DNA of 64,000 nucleotides, taken from IMG/VR virus record IMGVR_UViG_3300025132_007963, positions 128,822 through 192,821 of that record; one strand, given 5' to 3'. The translations under genes were made by a program, and so were the position numbers. The notes under the pieces were generated by a model, which ran no database searches, was not told the origin of the DNA, and saw only the letters and a list, made by a program, of their open reading frames with translations. Origin of the DNA: a virus. Of this stretch, positions 1 to 11,159 are shown piece by piece (the stretch's first letter is position 1; the number at the start of each line of letters is the position of its first letter).

Positions 1-867
1 CACAACATCGCTTGTATCTGCCAGTGATCCACTTAACAATTCTGAGTCTGACCCGTATCCAAACTGTATGAACGTTGTATCATCATCGTGTTCAACAACA
101 AACCTTCTTGGCACAGCGACCTTTTTCATTAAATTTGGCACGCCGTCATTTGTGCTATTTGTGTTTGGGATTGGCTTAAACACAACATCTTGGGATAAGT
201 GATCCACTTGTACAAATTCATGACCCTCTGAATCAAAAACAGAAACGACGTCTGCAATATTTTCACCAGGAAGCTCCACTCTTAAAAATCTTTTAAATGC
301 TCCAACTGTCTCAAACTCTTCCAAAAGTTCTCCAGAAACAACCTGGCCTTCGGACTTAATTGCATAATAAGTTGGTGCACCGTTAGTTTCATCAACTCTA
401 GCTACAATTATTTTATTTTCTGTATTAGAAAAATCAACATCTTCTAAAAGTGTAAACACGCCACCTTGATCTGAGGAGAACCTAGTTCCTTCTTTTAGTG
501 TAGCCGCAAATCTCATATCAGGTTCACCAGTGCTTGTAGAAGCAGGTATAAGGAGAAACAATTGTACAACGCCATAAGAGGACGGAGATTTGTTAAACTT
601 ATACCCTAATGTACGAGAGAGTTTTAGAATATTTTTATATTCAGCAGCAGTGTCTAGAAAAGATTCATTTGCTTGATAATCCAAATAAAACGATAGCATA
701 TCTCCAATATACGCTACAGAATCTACTACAAATGAACCAAAAGATGCTTCGTTGAAGTCCTTATACGTATTTGGGTAGTACCTTCTTGCATGCTCCAAGA
801 GATCTCTTCTTATTGAAGTAAAGTCTCTGCTAGTATATTTTATTGGAATTATTTTATCGTCTGGCAT
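1..867 (-). CDS. Baseplate wedge subunit, T4 gp6-like (continues beyond window start)
   Basis: Manual translation from ATG at 867: MPDDKIIPIKYTSRDFTSIREDLLEHARRYYPNTYKDFNEASFGSFVVDSVAYIGDMLSFYLDYQANESFLDTA. The 'YTSRDF...DF...LSFY.D.QANE.FL.TA' pattern is typical of gp6-like wedges. Missing from the ORF track because it is open at the edge. Confidence 0.85.
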   Translation of the reverse strand, partial: MPDDKIIPIKYTSRDFTSIRRDLLEHARRYYPNTYKDFNEASFGSFVVDSVAYIGDMLSFYLDYQANESFLDTAAEYKNILKLSRTLGYKFNKSPSSYGVVQLFLLIPASTSTGEPDMRFAATLKEGTRFSSDQGGVFTLLEDVDFSNTENKIIVARVDETNGAPTYYAIKSEGQVVSGELLEEFETVGAFKRFLRVELPGENIADVVSVFDSEGHEFVQVDHLSQDVVFKPIPNTNSTNDGVPNLMKKVAVPRRFVVEHDDDTTFIQFGYGSDSELLSGSLADTSDVV

Positions 868-889
868 ATGCTTTGTGTCCCTTTTAAGA

Positions 890-1288
890 TTAAATAGCTC
901 CCGGGATTGTTATTTCAAGATTATCCACAGTATCCAGGGGCAATATTTTATAATTTATTATGATTGTCAAAAGATTACTATCGCTTTCAAATGATGCGTT
1001 TGGGCCTCCAAAATCAACATCCTCTAGCTCCACGAAGGGTAAATATATTTTAAACTGATCATAAATTCTAGATTTTATTCTTCCGAAACTTCTTTCATGA
1101 TTTTGTTCAAACAATAAACTCCTAACACCACAGCCAAATTCAGGATCCATAACTTTTTCGCCTGGCGATGTTAAGACAAGCGTTCGAACGTTTTGCTTTA
1201 TTGAATCAATAATAGATCTATTTAGTGCATAGCCAGCACCCTCTCTTTCATTTGCTACCAAGGGTAACTTTGGTGAAATTCCAGACAT
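890..1288 (-). CDS. Baseplate wedge / sheath initiator, gp25 (GPW_gp25)-like
   Basis: 'SIKQNVRTLVLTSPGEKVMDPEFGCGVRSLLFE' matches the gp25 family core; SD AGGAG; directly upstream of the gp6-like gene. Confidence 0.88.
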   Translation of the reverse strand: MSGISPKLPLVANEREGAGYALNRSIIDSIKQNVRTLVLTSPGEKVMDPEFGCGVRSLLFEQNHERSFGRIKSRIYDQFKIYLPFVELEDVDFGGPNASFESDSNLLTIIINYKILPLDTVDNLEITIPGAI

Positions 1289-1302
1289 TTTAAAACTCCT
1301 AT

Positions 1303-4300
1303 TTAATCATCACAAACTTTAGAATTAACATTACCATCTTCATCAAACTCTTCTGTCGTTCTTTCTTGGTTTTCATTACAGTTGGCTTCTTTAAGTTTCT
1401 TACTTGCCTCTTCTCCCGGTAGTTCAGGCATTGCCAAGGCTAAAAGCCCAGGAGGTAACAGTGGCCCACCATAACCCTCTGGTCCAAGAGCGCTGTTAAA
1501 TGTACCAACTACATGCTTTATACTATTAAGTAGTGGTTTAAAATCTCCCTTAGTGAAAAAAGTGGGAAACGCAGTTATTAAATACCAACCAATACCTTTT
1601 GTAATGTCCATTGGAGCGCCAAGTGTTATAGGCATAAATTTATCTCTACTTTCGTTTTGACCACCTAGTAGGTTTGGTTGTTTTCCTCTTCCCATCTTAG
1701 CTGCAGCGCCGCCCAGAGAACCCATTGTTAGTCCCTTTGGAAGTTCACATGGATTTTCCATAAATATTTGAGCCATCTGTTTGTAGCCTGGATCTAGAAA
1801 TTGAGCTTGGCCTCTTATCATAGTTGGAACAGCCATCAAAATCATTTTACCGATCATGGCTGCAATATCACCCAACGAAACATCAGCTTCTGGGGCGAGC
1901 CCATCCCCCATTTGTGATGATAAGATATTATTGTAAAGCGAATTATTCTCAGATAGTAAGTCGCCTTGATTTCCTATGTCTAAAGAATTTGAAGAAACAT
2001 TACTAATTGTGTTAAAGATCCTCAATATAGTACCTCTTGTTGGTACAAACATGTTATCTAATCTTCTATTGTCTTTAAATATTTTTAACGATTGATGAAA
2101 ATATAAACTGGTATATCTGTCTAATGGAAATACAAAATCAAACAAATAAGACATATCTTCATTTTCAGGTGATATTTTTGTTCTTCTATTGTTTTCATCT
2201 TTGTTACCATATCCAAACATTTTAGTTACTAAAATATCAAAATATTTATCATGAAGTTCAATTTTATTTCTTGCTTGTATGTTTTGATAAGCATTATTGG
2301 CACCGGCAGATCGAAAATCACTGTCACTTTCATTCCTTCGATTTATAAAATTTTTGATGTAAGAAGCTTCTTGATCGCTGACAAGACAACTTGGCCTATT
2401 AAAAGCTGAATAACCGTGTTGATCTTCTGAAGCTCCATCATTGTTACCTCGGACCATAGTGTAATTAACATATTGCCCCAAGCAATCCATGGGAACTTCT
2501 ACTTCAACTATCGGAGTTGGATATATAAAATTTGTAGAATCTTTAAAAAGCATGCCCGTCTGGCGTTGATCATCTGTTTCCCTTATACTTAGACGAAGCT
2601 TGTTTGTACCAAAAAGTATGGCTGCTTTTTCTGAATTTGTATTAACAAAAGCTTCGCCTTCACCGTAATTGTCTGATCGTAAATCTGCATGGACCACCCT
2701 ATTTAGAGAATCTGTGTCAAGAAAAGCTTTGACGTTATTTGCGGATAATGAAGCCAAGTATGATTTGTTTACTATAGACAATAATGAATGTGGGCCGAAG
2801 AGAGCATCATTAAAATTTTTATCAAAAGAAACCGGGATATATCTTCCAGTTTCAACTTGAGAACTATCGAGAGCACCCAAATCTCTTACAGCAGTTGACA
2901 AAAGCTCTTTCTGATCCTGCCTCATTGTATCGGCAGTGCTGGGGCCTGTGTTGGCGCCAAAGTCGAACCCTTGACCAATAGTGATATTTTGTAATTCTGT
3001 ATTGAAATCGTGACCATCAATACGATTGCTAGATACAGCAAAAGGTGGAGCAACATACCCAAACTCTGTTGTCGAAATAACTCTTGTATCTGTAAAGGCA
3101 CGTGCAAATGGTGCGCCTTGTCTTAACGTGCGCTGAATAGGGTCTGAGATTGTTTTTGCTTCAGAATAATTATCAAGCGGCCTGAGAGTGTTGATGAGTG
3201 AGGGCATAAGATCCGAGGTCATTAGCGCGGGACCACCACGGGCGCCCTGCTCAAGGCTTGGAATTCCCTTTCTTTGTCCACTATGTATTTCTTTGGGGTC
3301 AATTGAATCAACTTCTTTTCCGGATCCGACACGGCGAACAGATTTTTGCTGAGCGTCTGCTGTAGAGATTCTTACTTGAACCCGGCCAGCAGGGGCCACG
3401 GCTAATGCTGCAGCGGTTTCCTCACTCCTACTAGGCCTAGGGTCTGTCGAAGATTGAATTGTTCCAAAGTCTACTCCTGGGTTATATTCTTTTCTTTCTT
3501 CACTTGGAATATTGGCATACATCATATCTCCAACACCTGGTTGAAAAACCAATCTTAAGCCAACTGTGACGCCTCCATTTAAAACTCTATTTTTTAACGC
3601 TATTATATCTTCATCAATGTCATTGTTCTGCAAAACCATTTTCGTTAACTTTTGACCAATTTGAGTTTCTGTAATCCGTTGTGAAGCTCCGGCGAGGCCA
3701 AACATTCTTTTAAGAGTTTGAAATTCTGCATTCTTTAATTTAAACTTTTGCAATTCTTGAAGGCCCACATTATATTGGGCATGTGAATTTTGTATATCTG
3801 CAGAAAGGCCAGCAATAGTAGTCGGTGCTGCTCCTTTAACATGATAAAGAGATTCTCGCTCATTAGACCCAAACGGTGCAAACAATAACAAGAGATCTTC
3901 TAGATCTCTCAAGGAAAATGCGCCAGTATATTTGGCTGGGTGAAAAACTGCCATTGCATAACTCATTGGTAATCCGACAAGATGTAAATGATTTTTTTCT
4001 CCAGTTCGATTATTGTAAATTATATCAGTCAGTTGCCTTAATATATCTTCATCTAGTTTGTAATAAGTTTCTAAATAAAATTTACCTTGATTTAAATCTT
4101 TGCCAGCCTCTTGCGATATGTATGTCGAATCCTTATTTTGTTCAATGTATTCAGAAATGTTTGTAGTTATTTTATCGGATAATTTACCTCTCTGGGTAGG
4201 TTGCATTAAACTTTCAAAACTTTCAACAGTTACTCTTTCTGGTATTTTAAAAGGCTCGTCGCGGCGCAGCAGATCTTCATTAACAATTGTTGGGTCAAAT

Positions 4301-7300
4301 TTAAAATCATTTTCTGATATCGGCGCAGTTAATCTTCTTTCATAATCATCTAAAATTTCATGATAATATTCATCCTTAAAAGAACTCCACTCAGGCTTAA
4401 AGCCATTTTCACTTATTTTTTTGGTTAAAGATCCTATTTTTGAAATAACAAATTTTTCAAAAAATATGTCTATTGCTGTGCTTATAGAACTTTCATTTGT
4501 CATTTCTAGTATTTTGCTTCTAATATTTATAGCTGCAGTTTTGCCTAGCTCACTTTCAAGTGACTTCTTTACTAAACTTATAACGTGTTTTTCTTCCATG
4601 ACCCGGGTGAGGTCAAACCTGCCTGCTAAATATAATTGTTTAAAAATATACTCAATGACAAATGTCAGCACATATAAAACTGCTAATGTTTTTAAATTAG
4701 CCTCTTCTAGCGGACCAGGTTTTGAGAAGTCTCTATTTTGCGGTGCATTCTTTGGCTCGCACAAAGAATTTTGCATATCTTTTAATGTTTCATCTATTAA
4801 CTCTTGAAAGTCAATTAGCGGCGGTATCTTTTCTAAACAAAAACTGCCATCATCTTGTGGAACTTTTTTAAATTCTTGTGTCAATCTTGTATTAAGTGTG
4901 TTCATTTCAGCCAAGTCAAAAAACTTAGACTTCGATATACTATTTGATATTTTGTCTAAAAATCTATCAACCATAAGTGAATAAGGTCCATTTTTAAGTT
5001 CTCTCCACCATTGATCTCCAACATAATTCTTTTTTCCAAAAGACTCAACAAGCCCCGGGGGAGCTGCAACTAAATTCGATCTACCAGACCCTAATCTCTT
5101 TGCACCAAATGCAATTTTATTAAATAATTTCTTCTTATCTATTAGCTTTAAGTAATATGATGGGTTATTGCCTTCAGATGTCTTTATAGCTGTTTGTATA
5201 CCGCTCTCCCACGATTTAATAAACATATCTGCAAACGCTCCGCCTCTAAGTGAAATCTCAGGAATACCTTCATCACTGAACATATCTAATGCTCGTTTAC
5301 GACGAGTTGCAAATCTTTCTGGTAGTTTTTTGACATAATTTTCTAACACATTTGTTCTGACGGAGCCTATAGAATAACAATCTTTTAACGATGAACCTAC
5401 GGTAGCAGTTCTTCTATCAATAAAATTATCTCTGTAGACCACTGCAGTTTCATCACTGACTTGTACTAAATTAAAAGCATTATTTTCTACCGGGGCCACT
5501 GTTTGAAAACTGGGTATATTAATTTGTAGAAAATGATCTACTCTATACGCGCTTGTTGATTGCTCTCCATGCACGCCTACGGAATTTAATATATCAATTT
5601 CATAAAAAGAAGAGTAATCCTCTGTTCCAATCCTATAGTCAGTTTTATATAGTTGATTTTGCCCGTCTAATAAAAGTTTTTTCAGTTCATTTGCTTCAGA
5701 CTGCATTGTACTAAAATATTTTTGAGCCTGTTGCTCTGTGGTATCGCCGTTGTATTTAATATCTATGCCGCCATCTTTAATCTCCAGGCCAGATATGGCG
5801 TCACTAAGGATATATGGTGCACCATCTTCGATAGAAACAGGTCTTTTACCTAGAACTTCTCTTACTACTTCGTTATTTTCGTCGTAAACAAGCTCTCCGT
5901 TACTATCTCTTAATGGCTGACCCAGGATATCTTCAACAATTAATTTTCCTGGCTTATATAACGCGGGAGGTGGCTCAGGTGGATCACCTGCCGCGCTTTG
6001 AGCCAATATTTGATTTATTAAATGTTTGTATTGTAAGTCTAAGATTACATCAAATTCGGGATCGTCTGGACCCATAAGCCTAGTATAGGATGAATAAAAA
6101 GATGGAACATATCCTTTCAAATCAAATTTAAACATATGTTCTACAGATGACAACACTGTGCCTGTTGTTATTTTTGATAATTTACTAAAATTAGGATTAT
6201 CATAAGGGCCGGCGCCGGCGCCTAAGTTGCTTGAATCCGGACACCCTGAGCCAGCTGGAGAGACCCCCGGTTTACTATAGCCCAATCCAGCATCTGCTAG
6301 TAAATCTTTGAGCGGGTCTTTCTCAAGCAATCGATTAATTCCTTCTCTTTTGCTTGCTGCATCTTCTAAAGCTCTGTTGATTTCATCTGGTGTTGCGCCC
6401 TCTTCTAGCAATTGTTGACGGAGAGGTTTTCTGTCTTTTTCAAAACAAAGATCATCTCCAACAACAATGTTTGACAATCTAGACATTTTTTCACACATAG
6501 CAGGATCAATAAAAGATCCTAAAATTTCAAAAAAGTCAGCTATCTCATCATCACTATCCATAAATTCACTGAATTGAGATTCAGAGTTAATTATGATTTG
6601 TTTTACTATCGCCATTGTTTGTGCGGTTGCAGTTCCATCAAATAGAGAACATATTTCACTTGGAGTTAAAGCTAATGATATCTTGTCAAAAATATCTGCA
6701 GCTCCAGACAATGCCTCCGGAGGGATATCCATTTCTTCTAAAGCTTGTTGTGACTTCTTGAAAGTTTCAGCTTTATCTGCGATTGTAGGGTCGTTTAGGC
6801 CATCGCCATTATCTTTTCCATCTCCCATCAACTCTGACATAGCTAAAGCACCGAAATCTATTAAATCCTGACAATCTGGTGCTTGCAAGAGATCTAATAT
6901 CGCCCTGACCAGTCCGCACAGAAAAGCAATTATTAGATCGATAATTGCAGCTTCTATTATTGGAATTATAAAGGCTATTGGATCAAAAGTTGGTAAGTCT
7001 GGAATGTCTGGTATGGTAAAATCAAAGTCCCATTGAAACTCTGGTGGCCATGGAAAATCAGGTAAACATTCCGCATATTTACAAAACAGCGCTGGAAAGT
7101 CGAACTTATTTAAAAATTCATCAAATAATTCTTCTAGAGTGCACAAATCCCCCAATGGCAGCATGTCATTTATGTTATAAGTTTTTCCGCGCTCCACTGT
7201 AAATACATCATCTCTCCACTCGATAGCATCTATTTGATCGCCTAAAGATTTTAATTCTTCTTCAATCTTACTTACGTTAGATTTGATCGATGGCATCATT

Positions 7301-9270
7301 TTAACAGATATTAAAGATTTAGGCCTCGAAGGAATAACTACGGGAGTTGGATATGTGTACTTTAAAAAGAAACCTATGGCTCCAGATGATGCTGCATCAT
7401 TACAACCAAATAGTCCACCGTTACCATCACGGTACATTTGATCTAGGTGAAAAAAGTAGGCCATAGTTTTTGGGTTGTTCCATGGTGGTCCCGCAGGAGA
7501 AATGGCAGTTCCTGTGACAATCTCCATTCCAGCTGTCAGGACAAGAGGATCCTCTCCCTTTGGCAGATATGTTATCGAGGTGATAGAAGCACCGACAACT
7601 TTTAGTATAGATTGAGAACTACTTATTGATCTTTGTTTTTTTACCTCACTAAACGTAATCTGTAATTTACCGCCATTTAAGCCTGCTTCTAGTATATTAA
7701 TACCATTTACTGCAAGTATTGCCGTTAAGCCCGTGAACGTCGATCCTAGGCGGTCTGCTTCCTTTTGAGGGTTAACAGGGGGCTTGAGTGCTCCCCCGTC
7801 TGCTTTAAACTTATCTAAGTCCTTTTGAAATCCAATCATTTTAGTTTGCACAGATGCCAAATACGTATTTAAAAACATTAAATCATAAATTTGGGTGCCT
7901 GGGAAACTTTCAGACGCAACGTTCTTTGCAGCATTATCAGCAGAAAATAAATTTCGAAACCTAGCTTTTGCTGCGCTATGAATTCTATTTTTTACTGATT
8001 CTGCACTAAGTTTATTCAAAAGGCGTCTTGGGTCAGGGTTTTGTAATACTCCAGTGCCTGGCTGAAGTAATCTTTCTGCATCTCTTGCAAACTTTTTAGA
8101 GTATTTTCTAGCCGCTTGAGTTGCCTTTCTTCTAACTTGTCGCGTAGTTTTAGAAAAGTTTTTAACACCTGAAGTGACTTGTTCGGCTACTTCGTATACC
8201 TCTCTTCCGGTTTCATAAATCTGTTCTGCTGTTTCAACTACATCTTGCACAGTGGTGGCATTACTGATTGGTACTTTTTCAAACATCTCTGCTCTTACCA
8301 TAACCGTAAATTTAAATTTGGAGCCAGGACGTCGGGTTGGGCTATGTATTTTCTTTATAGATGCAAAAATTGGAGGAGCGCCCGGTTCTAAAGATTGGCC
8401 AAAAAAAACACTAACTGTATTATTTCTTTCGGCGTTCATGCTTTGTAGCAAGTTTTGAGATTCAACAGTCATTCTAAATTCTTGTTGTTTCCTTAGACCA
8501 CTAGCATCTATTCTATTTTGACTTCTTAACACTGGTTCGAACACAGTTGAATTTGGCTGATCGCCTTCTACAAGCCATGTTTTTCTACGCTTATAGAAAT
8601 CAAATATTTTTCTAGTGCCCTCTTGTAGAGCCCTTTCTGCAGCTCTGTATATGGTTCTTCTATTAGTTTCTTCACCAACCCTGTTATTAACATCACTTCT
8701 ACTAAGATTAGATATGTGAGTGTAATAGTAAAATTTACCATCTGTAGTGGGATTAGTTGGCGTTTCCAGTGGATCTCTTTCTGCCAAAGCCTGAAGGGGA
8801 TCTATATTTGTACCCTTTAGTTGAGTTCTTATAGCAGCTAACTCGTCAAGTGTTTGCTTAACAGCTACTGCGATACTTATGCCTGAATGATTAACTGAGC
8901 GACCTAAAGGAGACCTCTGACCCGTTTTGGTCATGACCATAGCTTTAAGTGTTGCATCACCAATCTGACCTTTCTCGGCGCGCCAGAGAGGATGATCTGT
9001 ATCAACAAACTCTATTTCAATGCCAGCAATTTCTGTTTGTGAAGATCCAAGATTTCCGATTTCTATTATTAAGTCTCGATTTCTGTTTTGAAATTTTATT
9101 AATTCTTTTTTTGTTCTTTCATCAAAAAAATCGCCAGCGCCAAAATCTATGCCTAAAAATCTTTTAATTGCAAGTATCTGCAAACCTTTGTCACCCTTCT
9201 TATAAGGGGTGTCAAAAACCATTGTTTTAGCATTTCTACTTTCACTAGTTGCAATTAAAAATGACGCCAT
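1303..9270 (-). CDS. 2655-aa probable virion (baseplate/tail) protein with an N-terminal peptidoglycan-binding-like domain
   Basis: N-terminal 'YKKGDKGLQILAIKRFLG..GDFFDERTKKELIKFQ...GQIGDATLKAM' resembles PG_binding_1; lies within the baseplate operon; remainder not recognised. Confidence 0.55.
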   Translation of the reverse strand: MASFLIATSESRNAKTMVFDTPYKKGDKGLQILAIKRFLGIDFGAGDFFDERTKKELIKFQNRNRDLIIEIGNLGSSQTEIAGIEIEFVDTDHPLWRAEKGQIGDATLKAMVMTKTGQRSPLGRSVNHSGISIAVAVKQTLDELAAIRTQLKGTNIDPLQALAERDPLETPTNPTTDGKFYYYTHISNLSRSDVNNRVGEETNRRTIYRAAERALQEGTRKIFDFYKRRKTWLVEGDQPNSTVFEPVLRSQNRIDASGLRKQQEFRMTVESQNLLQSMNAERNNTVSVFFGQSLEPGAPPIFASIKKIHSPTRRPGSKFKFTVMVRAEMFEKVPISNATTVQDVVETAEQIYETGREVYEVAEQVTSGVKNFSKTTRQVRRKATQAARKYSKKFARDAERLLQPGTGVLQNPDPRRLLNKLSAESVKNRIHSAAKARFRNLFSADNAAKNVASESFPGTQIYDLMFLNTYLASVQTKMIGFQKDLDKFKADGGALKPPVNPQKEADRLGSTFTGLTAILAVNGINILEAGLNGGKLQITFSEVKKQRSISSSQSILKVVGASITSITYLPKGEDPLVLTAGMEIVTGTAISPAGPPWNNPKTMAYFFHLDQMYRDGNGGLFGCNDAASSGAIGFFLKYTYPTPVVIPSRPKSLISVKMMPSIKSNVSKIEEELKSLGDQIDAIEWRDDVFTVERGKTYNINDMLPLGDLCTLEELFDEFLNKFDFPALFCKYAECLPDFPWPPEFQWDFDFTIPDIPDLPTFDPIAFIIPIIEAAIIDLIIAFLCGLVRAILDLLQAPDCQDLIDFGALAMSELMGDGKDNGDGLNDPTIADKAETFKKSQQALEEMDIPPEALSGAADIFDKISLALTPSEICSLFDGTATAQTMAIVKQIIINSESQFSEFMDSDDEIADFFEILGSFIDPAMCEKMSRLSNIVVGDDLCFEKDRKPLRQQLLEEGATPDEINRALEDAASKREGINRLLEKDPLKDLLADAGLGYSKPGVSPAGSGCPDSSNLGAGAGPYDNPNFSKLSKITTGTVLSSVEHMFKFDLKGYVPSFYSSYTRLMGPDDPEFDVILDLQYKHLINQILAQSAAGDPPEPPPALYKPGKLIVEDILGQPLRDSNGELVYDENNEVVREVLGKRPVSIEDGAPYILSDAISGLEIKDGGIDIKYNGDTTEQQAQKYFSTMQSEANELKKLLLDGQNQLYKTDYRIGTEDYSSFYEIDILNSVGVHGEQSTSAYRVDHFLQINIPSFQTVAPVENNAFNLVQVSDETAVVYRDNFIDRRTATVGSSLKDCYSIGSVRTNVLENYVKKLPERFATRRKRALDMFSDEGIPEISLRGGAFADMFIKSWESGIQTAIKTSEGNNPSYYLKLIDKKKLFNKIAFGAKRLGSGRSNLVAAPPGLVESFGKKNYVGDQWWRELKNGPYSLMVDRFLDKISNSISKSKFFDLAEMNTLNTRLTQEFKKVPQDDGSFCLEKIPPLIDFQELIDETLKDMQNSLCEPKNAPQNRDFSKPGPLEEANLKTLAVLYVLTFVIEYIFKQLYLAGRFDLTRVMEEKHVISLVKKSLESELGKTAAINIRSKILEMTNESSISTAIDIFFEKFVISKIGSLTKKISENGFKPEWSSFKDEYYHEILDDYERRLTAPISENDFKFDPTIVNEDLLRRDEPFKIPERVTVESFESLMQPTQRGKLSDKITTNISEYIEQNKDSTYISQEAGKDLNQGKFYLETYYKLDEDILRQLTDIIYNNRTGEKNHLHLVGLPMSYAMAVFHPAKYTGAFSLRDLEDLLLLFAPFGSNERESLYHVKGAAPTTIAGLSADIQNSHAQYNVGLQELQKFKLKNAEFQTLKRMFGLAGASQRITETQIGQKLTKMVLQNNDIDEDIIALKNRVLNGGVTVGLRLVFQPGVGDMMYANIPSEERKEYNPGVDFGTIQSSTDPRPSRSEETAAALAVAPAGRVQVRISTADAQQKSVRRVGSGKEVDSIDPKEIHSGQRKGIPSLEQGARGGPALMTSDLMPSLINTLRPLDNYSEAKTISDPIQRTLRQGAPFARAFTDTRVISTTEFGYVAPPFAVSSNRIDGHDFNTELQNITIGQGFDFGANTGPSTADTMRQDQKELLSTAVRDLGALDSSQVETGRYIPVSFDKNFNDALFGPHSLLSIVNKSYLASLSANNVKAFLDTDSLNRVVHADLRSDNYGEGEAFVNTNSEKAAILFGTNKLRLSIRETDDQRQTGMLFKDSTNFIYPTPIVEVEVPMDCLGQYVNYTMVRGNNDGASEDQHGYSAFNRPSCLVSDQEASYIKNFINRRNESDSDFRSAGANNAYQNIQARNKIELHDKYFDILVTKMFGYGNKDENNRRTKISPENEDMSYLFDFVFPLDRYTSLYFHQSLKIFKDNRRLDNMFVPTRGTILRIFNTISNVSSNSLDIGNQGDLLSENNSLYNNILSSQMGDGLAPEADVSLGDIAAMIGKMILMAVPTMIRGQAQFLDPGYKQMAQIFMENPCELPKGLTMGSLGGAAAKMGRGKQPNLLGGQNESRDKFMPITLGAPMDITKGIGWYLITAFPTFFTKGDFKPLLNSIKHVVGTFNSALGPEGYGGPLLPPGLLALAMPELPGEEASKKLKEANCNENQERTTEEFDEDGNVNSKVCDD

Positions 9271-9284
9271 AACTTAAACTTTAC

Positions 9285-11135
9285 CTAATTGTTATTATTG
9301 TATCTACTTCTAATACATCGCGGAGCACCTGACTTTAAATATCTTAGTCTAAAACTATTCATATTCCATTTTTCCGCAACAATGGAAAATGATTCAACAG
9401 AAACCAACTCAATCAAAGATCCAATGCACGCTGGTAGTGCGACTGGAGATGGCAAAGTTGGTGCGCCAAAAAATGGTGATATGTGAAAATGTGCTGCTAG
9501 CGCTGCATCAAGTTGTGCAATATTATTTACACACCCTTGTACAGTTCCTGTTATTTGTTCTATTATTTTACACAAATCACTAAATGCAGAAGTTACATTA
9601 TTACCTAGTAGCATTGGCTGTAATCTTTTATCATCGTTACCAGCAATAATATCGATACCTGCTGTCTTGGTTATTCTACCACCTTGAGAATTTTTAGCAT
9701 CCCCACGTGTAATTAACTTTATGCCTTCTCTACCTATAACTCTTATACCATCTGCTTTGAGCGCTATAGCAGATCTAGCTACTTTGTTGCCTATTCTGCC
9801 CTTTGCTAATTGAAAATTATCATCGACATCTGTTTTTTGACTAATGTATATTCTAGCTGCGTCCATAACTGAGCCGTATTCGCTCTCAATTTGCACAGGC
9901 ATTGGATCTACATATATTGGCTTACCTTTAAAATCAACAGACCTCGGCACAGGGCTCATTCTTCCTGCAACTAGATCTATTGCGGCGCATTGAGTGTGGC
10001 CGCTTCCACCATACCCAGATGCTCTAGAATCTATTCTGTCCCTACCCAAAACTATCCATGCATTATTTTTATTGTTTATTACTTTTTCAGTATTAAGTTC
10101 TACAAAGCCAGGTACTGCTTCAATCATGATGTCACCAGCAATACCCCTATTTCTACTTAACGCAACTGTATCCATGTTAGAGAGAATCTCTTGTTCTTGT
10201 TTAGATAGGCCAATTAACTGCACAGACCCTTTTACATTAGGTTGGCGCAAATTTAAACTAGCCTCTTTATCATCATCCTTTAAAGGATTGAGGCCTCTTT
10301 TAGCTATATCTAGGGCGGCGCCGATGCCGGCTTGGGCGGTAGCCGCAGCATCTTCAGCATCTCCACGCAATCCAATTGGTGTATCTGGATTTAGGTTGGA
10401 TGCAATTTTATTTATTTTTGTTTGTATTTTATTGGAGGATACATCTTTTTCTATTTTCGCTTCAAATCTTTCTTCTTCTATATCCTCTTCAAGCTCTCCG
10501 AGAGGATCTTCTGGTCCCAAAAATTCTGGATTAGCATCAAAAGAATTAACGGTTGGGCCTGAGCCGATAAGACCAGCTGACTGTGATGAACCCAAAGGTG
10601 CTCCAGTAGCTAAATTAGCTGCTTCGAAATCTCTAGTTTTATTATCTAAAAAGGCTCCGTCTTGACCAGCCTGGGCTCTTTGAATGTCATCTTGAAAGGG
10701 TGGTGGTGGTGAAACAACAGAGGGACCTGCCACAATAGTGTTTTGGTCATCAGGAGCTATTTCGTCACTATTTATGTTTATAGACCGTTCAGGTACAGAA
10801 TCTTCCGTTGTTGGACTTGAGACAACTGATTGCTCTGCATTAATAATTGCTCCTGCTTCGTCGCGGAAGAGAGCAACATTAGCGCCATCGGCTGCATTGA
10901 TAGATGCTTCATCAAAATTTTCAAATGTAATATCATAATTGCCTTGATACTCGGCATTAGCCCATTGTTCTGCCTCTTCTTTCATCAAAGAAATCGAGGA
11001 AAGAGATATGCTTCCTGGGTTTGTTGCCGAGAATTTTTGAGTTCTTTCAATTACACCTGTCTCGATATCAACCACTCGAAGCACAGCTGTTTTGTTCATA
11101 TCATTGCTTACGTATATTTTAACTCTTCGTGCCAT
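9285..11135 (-). CDS. Putative baseplate central spike/hub protein (gp5-like)
   Basis: C-terminal half has beta-rich repeats (AIDLVAGR, ARIYISQKTDVDDNF, SAIALKADGIRVIGREGIKLIT) as in puncturing spikes; acidic low-complexity N-terminal half; baseplate context. Confidence 0.5.
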   Translation of the reverse strand: MARRVKIYVSNDMNKTAVLRVVDIETGVIERTQKFSATNPGSISLSSISLMKEEAEQWANAEYQGNYDITFENFDEASINAADGANVALFRDEAGAIINAEQSVVSSPTTEDSVPERSININSDEIAPDDQNTIVAGPSVVSPPPPFQDDIQRAQAGQDGAFLDNKTRDFEAANLATGAPLGSSQSAGLIGSGPTVNSFDANPEFLGPEDPLGELEEDIEEERFEAKIEKDVSSNKIQTKINKIASNLNPDTPIGLRGDAEDAAATAQAGIGAALDIAKRGLNPLKDDDKEASLNLRQPNVKGSVQLIGLSKQEQEILSNMDTVALSRNRGIAGDIMIEAVPGFVELNTEKVINNKNNAWIVLGRDRIDSRASGYGGSGHTQCAAIDLVAGRMSPVPRSVDFKGKPIYVDPMPVQIESEYGSVMDAARIYISQKTDVDDNFQLAKGRIGNKVARSAIALKADGIRVIGREGIKLITRGDAKNSQGGRITKTAGIDIIAGNDDKRLQPMLLGNNVTSAFSDLCKIIEQITGTVQGCVNNIAQLDAALAAHFHISPFFGAPTLPSPVALPACIGSLIELVSVESFSIVAEKWNMNSFRLRYLKSGAPRCIRSRYNNNN

Positions 11136-11159
11136 TAACTATCTCTTTTTTAATTAAAC

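Noticed and set aside
1299-1305. CTATTTA on the plus strand
   Set aside because: Wrong orientation; it is the reverse complement of TAAATAG adjoining the gp25 SD, and shows the motif can arise by chance
1824-8458. Plus-strand ORFs of 60-128 aa inside the 2655-aa gene
   Set aside because: Fully antisense to a long ORF with protein-like composition; no motifs
9994-10665. 223-aa plus-strand ORF
   Set aside because: Antisense shadow of the 616-aa gene; Ser/Leu-rich, no motif or SD
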